Counted from the first letter of the stretch, positions 1-10,071 are shown. The stretch: DNA of 64,000 nucleotides from an uncultured delta proteobacterium (GCA_963782055.1 CAWAIF010000003.1:1536001-1600000); one strand, 5' to 3'. The notes: generated by a model not told the origin, from the sequence alone. Program-made: numbers and translations.

Positions 1-1
1 C

Positions 2-529
2 GCCACCAAGACGGTGCACCGACTCGACGCGCTGGACGGCTACACCGGCAACCAGACCTACCTCCCGGCGAACGACCCGAAGCTGAGCTTCGCCCCGACG
101 GTCCTTCCGGAGGCGGTGGGCGGGTACTTCTGGGCGGTCTTCACCAGCCACCGCTCCTATGGCAACACCCTGCCGTCGATGGACCACTCCGACGAGTACG
201 GCAAGCTCTGGGTGTCGGCCATCGACCTCGACCCCAAGCCCGGAGCCGACCCGAGCCACCCCGCCTTCTTCCTGGACGGGCAGGAGCAGAGCGCCGACAA
301 CCTGCGCGGTTTCTGGGTGCTCAATCCGTGCAAGGGCGACGGCAGCGACTGCAAGTCGGGCGACGAGTGCTGCGACGGCTACTGCCGCCCGGCCGACGGC
401 GGGCTGCAGTGCGTGCCGCCCCCCGGCGGCTGCTCGCACGAGTACGAGAAGTGCACCACCGCTTCCGACTGCTGCGACAGCAGCGCCCAGTGCATCAACG
501 GCCGCTGCGCCTCCCCGCCCCCGAACTGA
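2..529 (+). CDS. 3' part of a myxobacterial TolB-like/beta-propeller protein with a Cys-rich C-terminal tail (partial, begins before the window)
   Basis: Frame is open from the window edge. Contains YFWAVFTSHRSYGN...KLWVSAID...DPSHPAFFLDGQ, then a C-x6-C-x5-CC-x3-C type Cys-rich tail. Confidence 0.7.
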   Translation, partial: ATKTVHRLDALDGYTGNQTYLPANDPKLSFAPTVLPEAVGGYFWAVFTSHRSYGNTLPSMDHSDEYGKLWVSAIDLDPKPGADPSHPAFFLDGQEQSADNLRGFWVLNPCKGDGSDCKSGDECCDGYCRPADGGLQCVPPPGGCSHEYEKCTTASDCCDSSAQCINGRCASPPPN

Positions 530-600
530 GCTAACACCCGGGTCGGATGGCGCGTCGCGCCGGGCCCTGGCCCCTCTCCGGCCGGTGGTATGGTGAGCCA

Positions 601-1512
601 ATGCGACGCCTTGCGGTCCTTCTCGCGCTCTTGGTCGGGTCCATCGGGGCCATCGGGTGCAACGGCAGCTCGTCGGCCCCGGCGGACGCCGGCGTGGAGG
701 CGGACGTGCCGCCGCCGGGCGGGGATCGCCCGGTGCCGCTCTTCATGACCCCCGACGACTGGGACGGCAAGACACCCTTGCCCCTCATCATGGTGCTCCA
801 CGGCTACGGCGTCGGCGGCATCGCGCAGGCGATCTACTTCGGCCTGGAGCCGCTGGTGAACGAGAAGCAGGTGATGCTCGTCGCGCCCGACGGCACGATC
901 GACAGCGCCGGCTCCCGCTTCTGGAACGCCGTCGACACGTGCTGCGACTTCGACCACACCGGCGTCGACGACGTGAAGTACCTCACCGGGCTCGTCGCCG
1001 AGATCGAGGCGCGCTACCCGGTCGACACCAAGCGCATCTACCTCATCGGTCACTCCAACGGCGGGGCCATGTCCCTTCGCCTCGCGTGCGACGCCACGCC
1101 GACGTTCGCCGCGGTGCTGGAGCTCGCCGGGCCCTTCTGGTCCGACCCCACGGCGAGCTGCTCGCCCTCGGCGCCCATCGCCCTGCGCGTGCTGCACGGC
1201 ACCGCCGACGAGGCCGTCCCGTACGACGGCGGGATGGCCGACGGTGACGTCCTCAACACGCCCTCCGCGCACGCGGTGGCCGCCTTCTTCGCGGCGAAGA
1301 ACGGGTGCTCGCCCACGCCGGACGAGAGCGCGCCGCCGGTGGACCTGGACACGGGCATCCCTGGAGCGGAGACGAAGATCACCCGCTACACCGGCTGCCC
1401 GGCGGACGGGGACGTGGAGCTCTGGTCCATCCAGGGCGGGACGCACATCCCCTCGCTGCCGCTGAACTTCGCCGACCAGGTCTGGACGTACTTCTCGGCG
1501 CACTCGCGCTGA
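601..1512 (+). CDS. PHB-depolymerase/LpqC-family esterase lipoprotein (alpha/beta hydrolase)
   Basis: Lipobox-like GAIGC, LHGYG oxyanion motif, GHSNGG nucleophile elbow, HGTAD and C-terminal GGTH. Confidence 0.85.
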   Translation: MRRLAVLLALLVGSIGAIGCNGSSSAPADAGVEADVPPPGGDRPVPLFMTPDDWDGKTPLPLIMVLHGYGVGGIAQAIYFGLEPLVNEKQVMLVAPDGTIDSAGSRFWNAVDTCCDFDHTGVDDVKYLTGLVAEIEARYPVDTKRIYLIGHSNGGAMSLRLACDATPTFAAVLELAGPFWSDPTASCSPSAPIALRVLHGTADEAVPYDGGMADGDVLNTPSAHAVAAFFAAKNGCSPTPDESAPPVDLDTGIPGAETKITRYTGCPADGDVELWSIQGGTHIPSLPLNFADQVWTYFSAHSR

Positions 1513-1596
1513 GCTCGGGCGTGCAATCGCTGCCACGGCCCGCAGGTGCTGCGCCTGGCGGCCTGCGAACGGGCGCGGGGCCGCGCACATCTCGCA

Positions 1597-1612
1597 TGGC
1601 GCGCACCTTGCT
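1597..1612 (+). promoter_or_regulatory. Putative sigma-54 (-24/-12) promoter of the HPF-like gene
   Basis: TGGCGCGCACCTTGCT = GG-N10-GC, about 30 nt upstream of ATG 1644, with AAGGAG RBS at 1630-1635. Confidence 0.65.
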
Positions 1613-1643
1613 CCATGCCGGTGCATCGAAAGGAGTCATCCAC

Positions 1644-2120
1644 ATGCGAGCACCTGCCACGCAGCGAACCACGTCCAGGTCCACCACGAGGGCCGCCCTC
1701 TCCGGTCCGCTGGCCCGGCCGGCAAAGCGGCGCGCTGGTCGCGCCGACGCCGCGAACACTCCGGCCAGCTTCCGCGTGCACGGCCTCGACCGCAGCCCCA
1801 CGCTGCGCGACCACGTGCGTGAGCGCCTCGGCCTCAAGGTGGGCAAGTTCGCGACGAACATCTCGCGCGTGAGCGTGCGCCTGGACGACCTGAGCGGTCC
1901 GGTGGGCAAGCCCACCATCTCGTGCACGATCAAGGTGATGCTCAACGGCCTGGAGCCGGTGGTGGTCGAGGCGCGCGAGCCGGACCCCTGGGCCGCCGTC
2001 GACGTGGCAATCGAGCAGGTGCAGCGCGCCGTGTCGCGCGCGCTGAGCCGCCGCCGGACCCAGGAGCGCAAGGCGCAGCGCGGCGCGAGCAAGCCTGTCT
2101 CCAGGCAGCGGCGCGCGTAG
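1644..2120 (+). CDS. HPF/RaiA (sigma-54 modulation) family ribosome-associated protein with basic N-terminal extension
   Basis: LRDHVRERLGLKVGKF...ISRVSVRLDDLSGP...CTIKV...AAVDVAIEQV fits the HPF fold. AAGGAG RBS present. Confidence 0.75.
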   Translation: MRAPATQRTTSRSTTRAALSGPLARPAKRRAGRADAANTPASFRVHGLDRSPTLRDHVRERLGLKVGKFATNISRVSVRLDDLSGPVGKPTISCTIKVMLNGLEPVVVEAREPDPWAAVDVAIEQVQRAVSRALSRRRTQERKAQRGASKPVSRQRRA

Positions 2121-2137
2121 CCCGCCAGGTGGCGGGC
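2120..2137. terminator. GC-rich hairpin between convergent genes
   Basis: GCCCGCC-AGGT-GGCGGGC inverted repeat immediately after the HPF stop. Confidence 0.4.
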
Positions 2138-2142
2138 GGGCC

Positions 2143-3090
2143 TCACGGCTTCTTCTTCTCTCCCGCTCCCCCGCGGGGAGAGGGGGCCGGGGGGTGAGGT
2201 GCCGCGGGGTGAGGTGGTCGCCCGAACTCGAACCACTGCGTCGGGTGGTCGCGCAAGAAGCTCCCCATCGCGTCGGCGATGGTCTGCGCGGCGCGCCGCA
2301 CCTCCGCCGCCGTGGCGCGCCGCGGCAGCATGATCGGCGCGTGTGCGCGCAGGTGGTACTCGTGAAAGCCGCGTCGCGCGGCGAAGACGGGCAGCATCGG
2401 CGCGCCGCTGAGCTGCGCGATGCGGAGCGGCCCCTCCGGGATGGCGTAGGGCTTGCCCATCAGCTCGACCTCCACGACGCGTCCGTTCGGCGGCGCGCGA
2501 TCGATCTGCAGCGCCACCACCCCCTTCTTCTGCAGGTGATGCAGGATCGGCAGCGCGGAGAGGGGGTCCTCGCCGACGTGCAGGAACCTGGCCCCCGAGG
2601 AGGCGCGCGCGCCGTCCTGGATCGCCTGCGCGCCGGCGCTGCGCTCGGCCTCCATCACCACCATCACGTCCAGCTTCGTCTCGTGCGTGAAGAGGGGCGT
2701 CGCCAGCTCCCAGCCCGCGGTGTGCATCGTCAGCAGGAGGCCCCCGCGGCCGAGGGAGAGCGCCTCCGTCACGTGCTCCGCGCCGGCGTATGTCGCGTGC
2801 AGCCTCGCCCCGTTGCGCGAGCCCTGGGCCAGCGCCTCCGCCAGGCAGCTCGCGTAGGTCGCGAAGGTCCGCGCGGTATCCAGCGCGTCGCGCCACGCCG
2901 GCGCGGGGCCGCGGATGCGCTCCAGGTTGCACTGCACCGCCCGCCGCGCCTCCGGCAGGGCGACGGCGGCGGCGACGCCGAAGAAGGGCGGCGAGTAGCG
3001 CAGCCACCATCGCGGAAGGCGGCGCGCGCCCGTCGCCGCCACCTTCCGCCAGAAGGCGCCGTCGTAGGCGAACCGCGAGGGATGGGGCAT
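2143..3090 (-). CDS. LpxL/HtrB-type (lipid A/lysophospholipid) acyltransferase
   Basis: HTAGWE catalytic motif, VALQIDR, GPLRIAQLSGAPMLPVF and HPTQWF C-terminal motif. Confidence 0.85.
   Translation of the reverse strand: MPHPSRFAYDGAFWRKVAATGARRLPRWWLRYSPPFFGVAAAVALPEARRAVQCNLERIRGPAPAWRDALDTARTFATYASCLAEALAQGSRNGARLHATYAGAEHVTEALSLGRGGLLLTMHTAGWELATPLFTHETKLDVMVVMEAERSAGAQAIQDGARASSGARFLHVGEDPLSALPILHHLQKKGVVALQIDRAPPNGRVVEVELMGKPYAIPEGPLRIAQLSGAPMLPVFAARRGFHEYHLRAHAPIMLPRRATAAEVRRAAQTIADAMGSFLRDHPTQWFEFGRPPHPAAPHPPAPSPRGGAGEKKKP
2158..2215. repeat. REP-like palindromic element inside the acyltransferase 3' end
   Basis: Imperfect hairpin CTCTCCCGC...GCGGGGAGAG followed by GGGGTGAGGT twice (2191-2200 and 2206-2215). 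Confidence 0.55.
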
Positions 3091-3094
3091 GCGC

Positions 3095-4549
3095 TCACTT
3101 CCCCGTGACGCGCAGCGAGACCTTCGTCGCGCCGGCGTCCGCCTGGATGAGCAGCTCCCCCTGGTGCGACGTGTCCACGCAGGCGCCCTGGAGGTCCACG
3201 TCGAACCCGGCCGGGTACGCCCGCGCGGGGAGCGAGACCTCGGTGAGGCCGGCGTCGTCCACCGGCGCGTAGTCCAGCGAGAAGGTGCGCGTCTGGGTGT
3301 CGAAGCGTGTGGTGACCGAGTCGCCCGCGACGGCGCGCGGGAAGGGACGCACCACCGCCGACGCCACCGGGTACTCCGTCCCGTCGGCGGCCACGATGCC
3401 GTCCGTCTCGCCGTTCCACGCCTCGGCCGCGACGCTGTACTCCCACTCGGTGCCGCTCAGCGAGAGCGCGTCCAGCGCGTCGAAGTGCGCGCTCATGAAG
3501 GGCAGCGCGCGGTCGTCGTCGTGCGACACGCCGAACTCCCCCACGAACACCGGGACGTTCCAGGCCTTCTGCAGGTCGGACCAGGGCTGCATGTCACCGA
3601 GGACGACGTCGGGATCGTGGCTCACCGGGTAGAAGTGCGGCGCGAAGACGAGACCGTCCCCGGGCGGGAGGGTGAGCTTGGTCGTCAGGCTCACGCCGGC
3701 GAGCCCCGTCGGGTCGAGGAAGATCAGCGAGCTGGGCGCCCTGGCGCGGATGCGCGGGACCATCATCGCGTAGAAGTCGCTGAGCGAGCCGGCCTCGAAG
3801 GCGTCCGCCTGCTGCGAGCCCCAGCCCGGCTCGTTGATGATCTCGAAGCCGAGCACGCCGGGCTTGTCGGCGTAGCGCGCGGCCATCCGGTCCCACATGG
3901 CGGCGAGGCCGTCCTTGACCGGGGAGCCGTCCGCCCATAGCGCGTCGAAGGCCGCGATCACCCCCTTGTCGCCGAAGTACTCGAAGCTCCACTGCGGGCA
4001 GTCGTGGTGCGGCGCCGGCGCGGGCGCGGGGATCGTCCAGGCGGGGAAGCCGTCGCCGCAGAAGGCCTCGGCGTAGACGTCCTGGTGGAAATCGACGACG
4101 GTCCAGATTCCGCGCGCCCAGGCGGCGTCGAGCAGCGCGTCGTAGCGGGTGAGGAAGTCGGCGTCGTCCTGGCCCTGCACCGGCTCCACCGCGGCCCAGG
4201 TGAAGGGCACGCGCATCACGTCGATGCCCCAGGCCTTCGCGCGGTCCATGTAGGACGCGAGCGCCGCGTCGAAGCCGCCCGGCGCGTAATCGAAGGGCAC
4301 GTACGGCGCGAACTTGCTGCGCCCGCCCGCGTCCACGCCTCGAAGGAACACCGTGCGGCCGAGCCCGTCGACGAAGTGGGTGCCGATCGCCTTCAGTCGC
4401 CAGTCCGCCGGCGCCGGCTGGGCGAGCGAGCACGTGCGCGCGTACGGAGCCGGAGGCCCCGAGTCCCCGCACGCGAGCGCGGCCAGCACGAGTGTGGCGA
4501 GCCCGAGCGGCGCCCGCCGGATACGCCACCCATCGCCGCGTTCGCCCAT
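3095..4549 (-). CDS. GH5 endoglycoceramidase-like glycoside hydrolase lipoprotein
   Basis: LALAC-like lipobox (AALAC), DFHQD, GFPAW, acid/base INEP, nucleophile VGEFG and RPFPRAVAG C-terminal domain. Start chosen from TATCAT-N7-ATG. Confidence 0.85.
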   Translation of the reverse strand: MGERGDGWRIRRAPLGLATLVLAALACGDSGPPAPYARTCSLAQPAPADWRLKAIGTHFVDGLGRTVFLRGVDAGGRSKFAPYVPFDYAPGGFDAALASYMDRAKAWGIDVMRVPFTWAAVEPVQGQDDADFLTRYDALLDAAWARGIWTVVDFHQDVYAEAFCGDGFPAWTIPAPAPAPHHDCPQWSFEYFGDKGVIAAFDALWADGSPVKDGLAAMWDRMAARYADKPGVLGFEIINEPGWGSQQADAFEAGSLSDFYAMMVPRIRARAPSSLIFLDPTGLAGVSLTTKLTLPPGDGLVFAPHFYPVSHDPDVVLGDMQPWSDLQKAWNVPVFVGEFGVSHDDDRALPFMSAHFDALDALSLSGTEWEYSVAAEAWNGETDGIVAADGTEYPVASAVVRPFPRAVAGDSVTTRFDTQTRTFSLDYAPVDDAGLTEVSLPARAYPAGFDVDLQGACVDTSHQGELLIQADAGATKVSLRVTGK

Positions 4550-4575
4550 GGCCGCCATGATACACATAGCCACGC

Positions 4576-5613
4576 ATGACGCTGGCCATCGAAGAACTCA
4601 ACGACACCAACTGCAAGACGTACCTCCTCTCCAGCGGCGTGGCCGCGGCGCTGGTCGACCCGGTGCGCGAGCGCGTCGAGACGTACCGCGCCGCGCTCGC
4701 CGCCCGCGGCCTGCACCTCTCGATGGTGCTGGAGACGCACACCCACGCCGACCACCTGATGCTCAGCCGCGCGCTGAAGGCGGCGCTCGGCGCGCCGGTG
4801 GTCATGCACCGCGCCAGCCCCAGCCCGCTGACCGACCGGCACGTGGAAGACGGCGACGTGATCGCCCTGGGCGACACGAAGATCGAGGTCCTGCACACCC
4901 CCGGTCACACCCCCGATTCGGTCTGCTACCGCGTCCCGGGCGCCGTGCTCACCGGCGATACGCTCCTCATCGGCGGCTCCGGCCGCACCGACTTCCCCGG
5001 CGGCGACGCGGGCGCGCAGTACGACGCCGTCACCGGCAAGCTCTTCACGCTGCCCGACGAGACCGTGGTGTGGCCCGCGCACGACTACAAGGGCAACAAG
5101 AGCTCCACCATCGGCGAGGAGCGCGCCCACAACGCGCGCTTCGCCGGCAGGTCACGGGCTCAGTACGTGGAGGTCATGGCGCACCTCGGGCTGCCCTTCC
5201 CCGAGAAGGTGCAGAAGGCGCTGCAGGTGAACCAGTCCGGCTTCGAGGAGGGCGAGGTGCTCTTCCCCACGGTGGCCGACGTCGCGAAGCTGGAGGAGAT
5301 CACCGCCGCGGACCTCGCGAGCCGTCTCGCCGGCCCCTCACGACCGCTGGTCCTGGACGTGCGCGAGCCGGAGGAGTTCACGGGGCCCACCGGCCACGTG
5401 GAGGGCGCGCTGCTCGTGCCGCTGGACGCGCTGGAGCACCGGCTGCCCAAGCTCGCCGGCTACGTCGACCGGGAGGTGGTGCTCGTCTGCCGCGCGGGGG
5501 CGCGCAGCGCGACGGCGGGGGCGATCCTGCAGCGCGCCGGGTTCTCGCGCGTGCGAAACCTGGCCGGCGGGATGCTCGCGTGGGGGAGCGCCGGGTTGGC
5601 CGTCCAGCGTTGA
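4576..5613 (+). CDS. Persulfide dioxygenase (ETHE1-like MBL fold)-rhodanese fusion
   Basis: THTHADH, TPGHT, GDTLLIGGSGRTDF, PAHDY, then a rhodanese domain (LDVREPEEF, VCRAGARS, LAGGMLAW). Confidence 0.9.
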   Translation: MTLAIEELNDTNCKTYLLSSGVAAALVDPVRERVETYRAALAARGLHLSMVLETHTHADHLMLSRALKAALGAPVVMHRASPSPLTDRHVEDGDVIALGDTKIEVLHTPGHTPDSVCYRVPGAVLTGDTLLIGGSGRTDFPGGDAGAQYDAVTGKLFTLPDETVVWPAHDYKGNKSSTIGEERAHNARFAGRSRAQYVEVMAHLGLPFPEKVQKALQVNQSGFEEGEVLFPTVADVAKLEEITAADLASRLAGPSRPLVLDVREPEEFTGPTGHVEGALLVPLDALEHRLPKLAGYVDREVVLVCRAGARSATAGAILQRAGFSRVRNLAGGMLAWGSAGLAVQR

Positions 5614-5616
5614 GGT

Positions 5617-7131
5617 TCAGGTCACGCGCGCCAGCACCGCGGCGAGGGCGCGGTGGAGGTCCGCCGCCGAGAAGGGCTTGCTCACGATGGGGTTGGAGAC
5701 CGTCTCGAGGAATGCGCGCGTCCTCGGCGTGTACGCGCCGCCGGTGACGAAGGCGAATCGCTTCTCCAGCCCCGGGTGCTCGGCGGCGACGCGCTCGTAG
5801 AGCTCCATCCCGGTCATGCCGGGCATCATCAGATCGCAGAGGACGGCGTCGTACTGCGCGCCGGAGGAGAGGCGCTCGAGCGCGGCGGCGGCGCTGGTCA
5901 CGCCGTCCACGTCGTACTTCTTGGAGAGCACACGCGTCAGCCCGGTGACGATGAGCGGCTCGTCGTCGATGACCAGCAGCCGCCCACGCTCCGGCGTCGG
6001 CTGCGGTGTGGAGGCCAGTGGGGGAGGCGGAGCCTCGGCGAGTTCGCCGGCGCGCCGTAGCTCCAGGCGCATGGTGGTGCCGCGGCCGAGCTCGCTTCGC
6101 GCGACGATGGTGCCTCCCGCGCGGGTGACGATGTCGCGGCAGATGGCGAGCCCGAGGCCGGTGCCGCGGCCGGAGGACTTGGTCGTGAAGAAGGGCTCGA
6201 AGACGCGCTCGAGCAGATCCTGGGGGATGCCCGGCCCGTTGTCGGCCACCTCCACCACGACGTGGTCGTGCTCCTCGCGCACGCGCACCGTCACCTCGGG
6301 GTCGACCGCGTCCTCCTCGAAGGCCATCGTGGCGTTGAGGAACAGGTTGACGAACACCTGCTCCAGGCGTGTCGCGACGCCACGGACGGCGGGCGCCTCG
6401 GCGAGGTCCTTGCGCACCTTCACGCGCGGGCGCATCTCGTGGGCGACGAGCCGCTCGGCGGTCTCGATCGCCCCCGCGAGATCCACGGCGCCCTGGGCCA
6501 CGTCCTCGTAGCGGCCGTACACCCGCAGGTCGCGCACGATCCCGGCGATGCGATCCAGACCAATCCGCACCTCCCGGGCGAGGGGAAGCAGCTCCGCCTG
6601 CTCGGCGGAGTCGAGCTTGCGCTCGAGCATCTCGGCTGCCAGCCCCATGAAGGCGAGGGGGTTGTTGATCTCGTGCGCGACGCCCGCGGCCATCGCCCCG
6701 AGGGCGGCGAGGCGGTCGGCGTGCTCCAGCCGGGCGCGCAGGGCCACCCGCTCGGTGACGTCGCGGGCGAAGGCCAGGACGGCCGGACCGCCGTCGAAGT
6801 CGATGGGGATGGAGGCGATCTCGGCGGTGATGACGCTCCCGTCGCGGCGCGTGGCCGGGTACTCGTGCGGCACCAGCCGCTCGCCCGTCTCCACCATGTG
6901 CTGGATGCGCTGGCGCATCGTCGTGATGGCGCGCCCGTCGAGGAAGGTCATGGGGTGGCCCACCAGCTCGGAGGCTTCTTCGCAGCCGAGGATGCGGAGG
7001 GCCGCGGGGTTGGCGTAGAGCACCACCCCGTTGCGGGAGATGACGATGCCGTCGGGAGCGGCCTCCACCAGATCGCGGAAACGCTCCCGGGAAGCTGTCA
7101 GCTCGCGTTGATCGTCCGGCCCGCTCGTCAC
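5617..7131 (-). CDS. PAS-domain hybrid sensor histidine kinase with C-terminal receiver
   Basis: PAS, HEINNPL H-box, QVFVNLFLNA N-box, DNGPG, GTGLGL and receiver LVIDDE...CDLMMP...KP. GTG start after GGAGAG. Confidence 0.9.
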   Translation of the reverse strand: MTSGPDDQRELTASRERFRDLVEAAPDGIVISRNGVVLYANPAALRILGCEEASELVGHPMTFLDGRAITTMRQRIQHMVETGERLVPHEYPATRRDGSVITAEIASIPIDFDGGPAVLAFARDVTERVALRARLEHADRLAALGAMAAGVAHEINNPLAFMGLAAEMLERKLDSAEQAELLPLAREVRIGLDRIAGIVRDLRVYGRYEDVAQGAVDLAGAIETAERLVAHEMRPRVKVRKDLAEAPAVRGVATRLEQVFVNLFLNATMAFEEDAVDPEVTVRVREEHDHVVVEVADNGPGIPQDLLERVFEPFFTTKSSGRGTGLGLAICRDIVTRAGGTIVARSELGRGTTMRLELRRAGELAEAPPPPLASTPQPTPERGRLLVIDDEPLIVTGLTRVLSKKYDVDGVTSAAAALERLSSGAQYDAVLCDLMMPGMTGMELYERVAAEHPGLEKRFAFVTGGAYTPRTRAFLETVSNPIVSKPFSAADLHRALAAVLARVT

Positions 7132-7183
7132 TCTCTCTCCAGGGCTGAGCGACCCAGTGTACAGGTGACGCGGCGGCGCGTCT

Positions 7184-8608
7184 TCAGAGGACGAGCTTCT
7201 GGTTGGCCCCCACCTTGAAGTTGGTGCCCGACTGATTGCTGACCACGGTCCCCTGCGTGTAGTGGCCGCTGCCGTCCGCGCCCTGGGCGTTGGCGTTCCA
7301 CGTGTTGCCGACGGCCTGGAACGTGCCGTTCGACGTCCCGATGGTGACATCGACCCCCGTCGTCGAGTGACCCTGGATGATGTTGTTGCCGTGGGAGTTG
7401 GTCGTCCCGAGGTCCACCGAGATGGAGCCCAGCACAACGAGCCCGTAGGGCGCGTTCTTCATCGTGGTGCCGCGCATGATGACGCTCGCGCCCTGCGTGT
7501 AGATGTTGCCGACGGCGTTCCCGGAGAGGGTCGCGTTCTTGATGTCCAGCGTGCCGCCGACGTGCTCGATGGCCAGGCGACCGGACCCTGTGATGCTCGT
7601 GCCGTCCATCGTCAGCGAGAGGTTGCCCGTGATGCCGTCGTGGCTCACGTTGGTGATCGCGCCGCCGGTCATCACCAGCTTCGCCGCGGCGGCTCCGCCG
7701 TAGATGCCGTCCGCGCCCTTGTCGATGGTGACGGTGTCGAGCGTGATGGAGGGCGTGCCTGAGGCGAGGGAGATCACCGTGCCCGCGCCGTTGGACAGCG
7801 TGCCCTTCGTCATCGTGATGCTGCACCCATCCTGGGCGCCGACCACGGTCCCGGCGGCGTTGGCGGTGGTGATGGAGTCGATGGAGACCATGGCGCCGCC
7901 GACGCACGAGAACATGCCGCCGCCCCCGCCGCCGCCGGTGACGCTCGCGCCGTTCACCGCGACCTTCGCGGTGCCCGCCGCCTTCACCGCGAGGCCGCCA
8001 CCGCCCATGGTGAAGCCGTTCACCGTCACGTCGGCGGTGCCGGAGGCATCGAGCGCGAGCCCGACGGCCTTCAACCCCTTGTCCACCCGGAGCGCCGAGA
8101 CGTTCTGCGCCCCCTGGGTCGCCGAGATCGCCGTCTGGAAGCCGGAGACGGTGAGGTTGCCGAGGCCCCCGCCCTTCACGAACACCAGGCCGGTGGGGGT
8201 CGCGCCCTGAATGCGCGCGCCGGAGCCGCCGTCCGCCGCGCCGACGCCGAGGACCTTGACGCCGTCGGGGATCGACTCCGGGAAGGACTCGCCGTTGGCG
8301 GTGTCGTAGGTGCCGGCCAGCAGGTAGACGTTGTCCCCCGGCTTGGCGAGGGAGAGGCCCTTCTTCAGCGTCTTCAGCGGCGCCGCCATCGTGCCGGGGT
8401 TGGTGTCGTCGCCGGTGTCCGCGCTCACGTAGAAGCCGGGTGCGGCGGCGTCCGGCCCGGTGTCCGCCGAGGCGTCGGCTGCGCCCGTGTCGCCTCCGGT
8501 GTCCGCCGCGCCATCCACGCCACCGCCATCGGGGCCGGTCGCCACGGGCGAATCGCCCACACACGCCACGAGCAACCCCGACAGGACCAGCAACCCCCAA
8601 GCCTTCAT
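7184..8608 (-). CDS. DUF1565-like right-handed beta-helix lipoprotein
   Basis: LLVAC lipobox, YVSADTGDDTNPGT..PLKTL, LAGTY..GESFP and Gly/Thr/Asn-rich beta-helix repeats. Confidence 0.75.
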   Translation of the reverse strand: MKAWGLLVLSGLLVACVGDSPVATGPDGGGVDGAADTGGDTGAADASADTGPDAAAPGFYVSADTGDDTNPGTMAAPLKTLKKGLSLAKPGDNVYLLAGTYDTANGESFPESIPDGVKVLGVGAADGGSGARIQGATPTGLVFVKGGGLGNLTVSGFQTAISATQGAQNVSALRVDKGLKAVGLALDASGTADVTVNGFTMGGGGLAVKAAGTAKVAVNGASVTGGGGGGGMFSCVGGAMVSIDSITTANAAGTVVGAQDGCSITMTKGTLSNGAGTVISLASGTPSITLDTVTIDKGADGIYGGAAAAKLVMTGGAITNVSHDGITGNLSLTMDGTSITGSGRLAIEHVGGTLDIKNATLSGNAVGNIYTQGASVIMRGTTMKNAPYGLVVLGSISVDLGTTNSHGNNIIQGHSTTGVDVTIGTSNGTFQAVGNTWNANAQGADGSGHYTQGTVVSNQSGTNFKVGANQKLVL

Positions 8609-8664
8609 TCTTCGGTACCTCCGCTGGAAGAAGACGGCCGGAGCCGACCGTCACCTGGAGACTA

Positions 8665-9870
8665 TCACGGAGGAGGAGGATCGTAGGCCAGGGCGTCCCG
8701 GGGCGACTCGGTCACCACCTCGGCGACAGGCTCGCCCATGTGCGCGCGTTGCGGCGGCGCGAGGGCGAGCAGCGTCCGCACTGTCGCGGCCACGTCGGCG
8801 AGGTGCAGTGGGCGCGAGGGACACACCGCACCCTGGCCGCGCATCCCGCCGCCCCACGCCGCCAGGAAGGTGCGGGCCGACTCCGGCGCGAACATCCCGT
8901 GGTCGCGGAAGTTGGCCGCGCGGCCGTGATCCGCCGTGACCAGCACGGTGGTCTGCGCCGCGCCCGGGCCCATCGCCTCGATGAGGGTCTCCAGGTCGCC
9001 GAGCACGCGGTCCACCTGCGCGATCGCGCCGAGGTAGCTCGCGTAGTCGTCGCGGTGGCCGTACTCGTCGGTGTCCCCGAGGCCGAGGAACATCATCCGC
9101 GGGTGGTTCAGCTCGAAGTAGCGCAGCGCGAGCTTGGCGGTCTGCGCGTCCGGCCGGTACCCCTCGTTGCCGGGATAGCTCGGCTCCTTCGCGCCGGTCT
9201 CCAGCGTGGCGCGCATGAGGGCGTCACCGACGAGCGCGTCGCGATGGGAGACGAAGCTCTTGCCCGCAGACGCGACGAACGCGTTCGGGTCCAGCACCGC
9301 CCGCTCGATGGGCGTCCAGGAGGTGAACATGGCGACCTCGTCGGCGCCGAGCTCCTCCCGCGCGCCGTCGAGCACCGAGGGGACCGTGGTGCGGGCGCAC
9401 TCGTTGGTGGTGCAGCCGCTCCGGCGCTGGCCGGTGAGCATCTCCATGTAGCCGGGCAGGGAGATGAAGTTGGGCCCGGACGCGGCGACGGTGTTGTCAC
9501 ACCCCGGGCCGCCGAGGAGCACGCCCGACTCGGCCACCAGGCGATGCAGGTTGGGGGTGAGCGCCTCCGCGGTGGCGTACGCGCTGGCGTCCACGCCGTG
9601 GCTGCGGGCGAGCGCGGCGTCGGCGCCGTCGAAGATCTCCTGCCAGCGCACGCCGTCGATCGCGACCACGATCACGCCGGGGGGCGGCGGGGACTCCGCG
9701 GGGTCCGGGGGTTGGACCTCCGCGTCCACCGGCGTGGAGGCGGCTACCGTCGCGGCGGCCGGGGGGGCGCTCCGGGTGGCGGCGCCCCGCGCCGGTGCCG
9801 GCGCGGGCACGTGCGCGCAGCCTGCGAGGGCGACGGACACGGCCAGGACGCGAAAACCATTGGAGCTCAA
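8665..9870 (-). CDS. Alkaline-phosphatase-superfamily (phosphodiesterase/PGM-like) lipoprotein
   Basis: VAIDGVRWQE, SLPGY, LGDTDEYGH and TADHGR metal-binding motifs. LAGC lipobox. TTG start is an estimate. Confidence 0.8.
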   Translation of the reverse strand: MSSNGFRVLAVSVALAGCAHVPAPAPARGAATRSAPPAAATVAASTPVDAEVQPPDPAESPPPPGVIVVAIDGVRWQEIFDGADAALARSHGVDASAYATAEALTPNLHRLVAESGVLLGGPGCDNTVAASGPNFISLPGYMEMLTGQRRSGCTTNECARTTVPSVLDGAREELGADEVAMFTSWTPIERAVLDPNAFVASAGKSFVSHRDALVGDALMRATLETGAKEPSYPGNEGYRPDAQTAKLALRYFELNHPRMMFLGLGDTDEYGHRDDYASYLGAIAQVDRVLGDLETLIEAMGPGAAQTTVLVTADHGRAANFRDHGMFAPESARTFLAAWGGGMRGQGAVCPSRPLHLADVAATVRTLLALAPPQRAHMGEPVAEVVTESPRDALAYDPPPP

Positions 9871-10071
9871 ACTACCAAAATATACCCCGCCCGACCCCTC
9901 CAGGCACGAAACCAGCGAGTAAATTTCTCCCTTCGCTGGAGTGACGCGCCCTTCAGGTCTCGCGGGCGCGCCGACGCGCGGGGCCAGGCCGCCGCCGGCG
10001 CGCGCCGCAGCTCGGCCGTTTCGCCCTTTTTCGGAGTCCTTCCCGGGGCGACTCGCGGTAAAGGAGATCCT

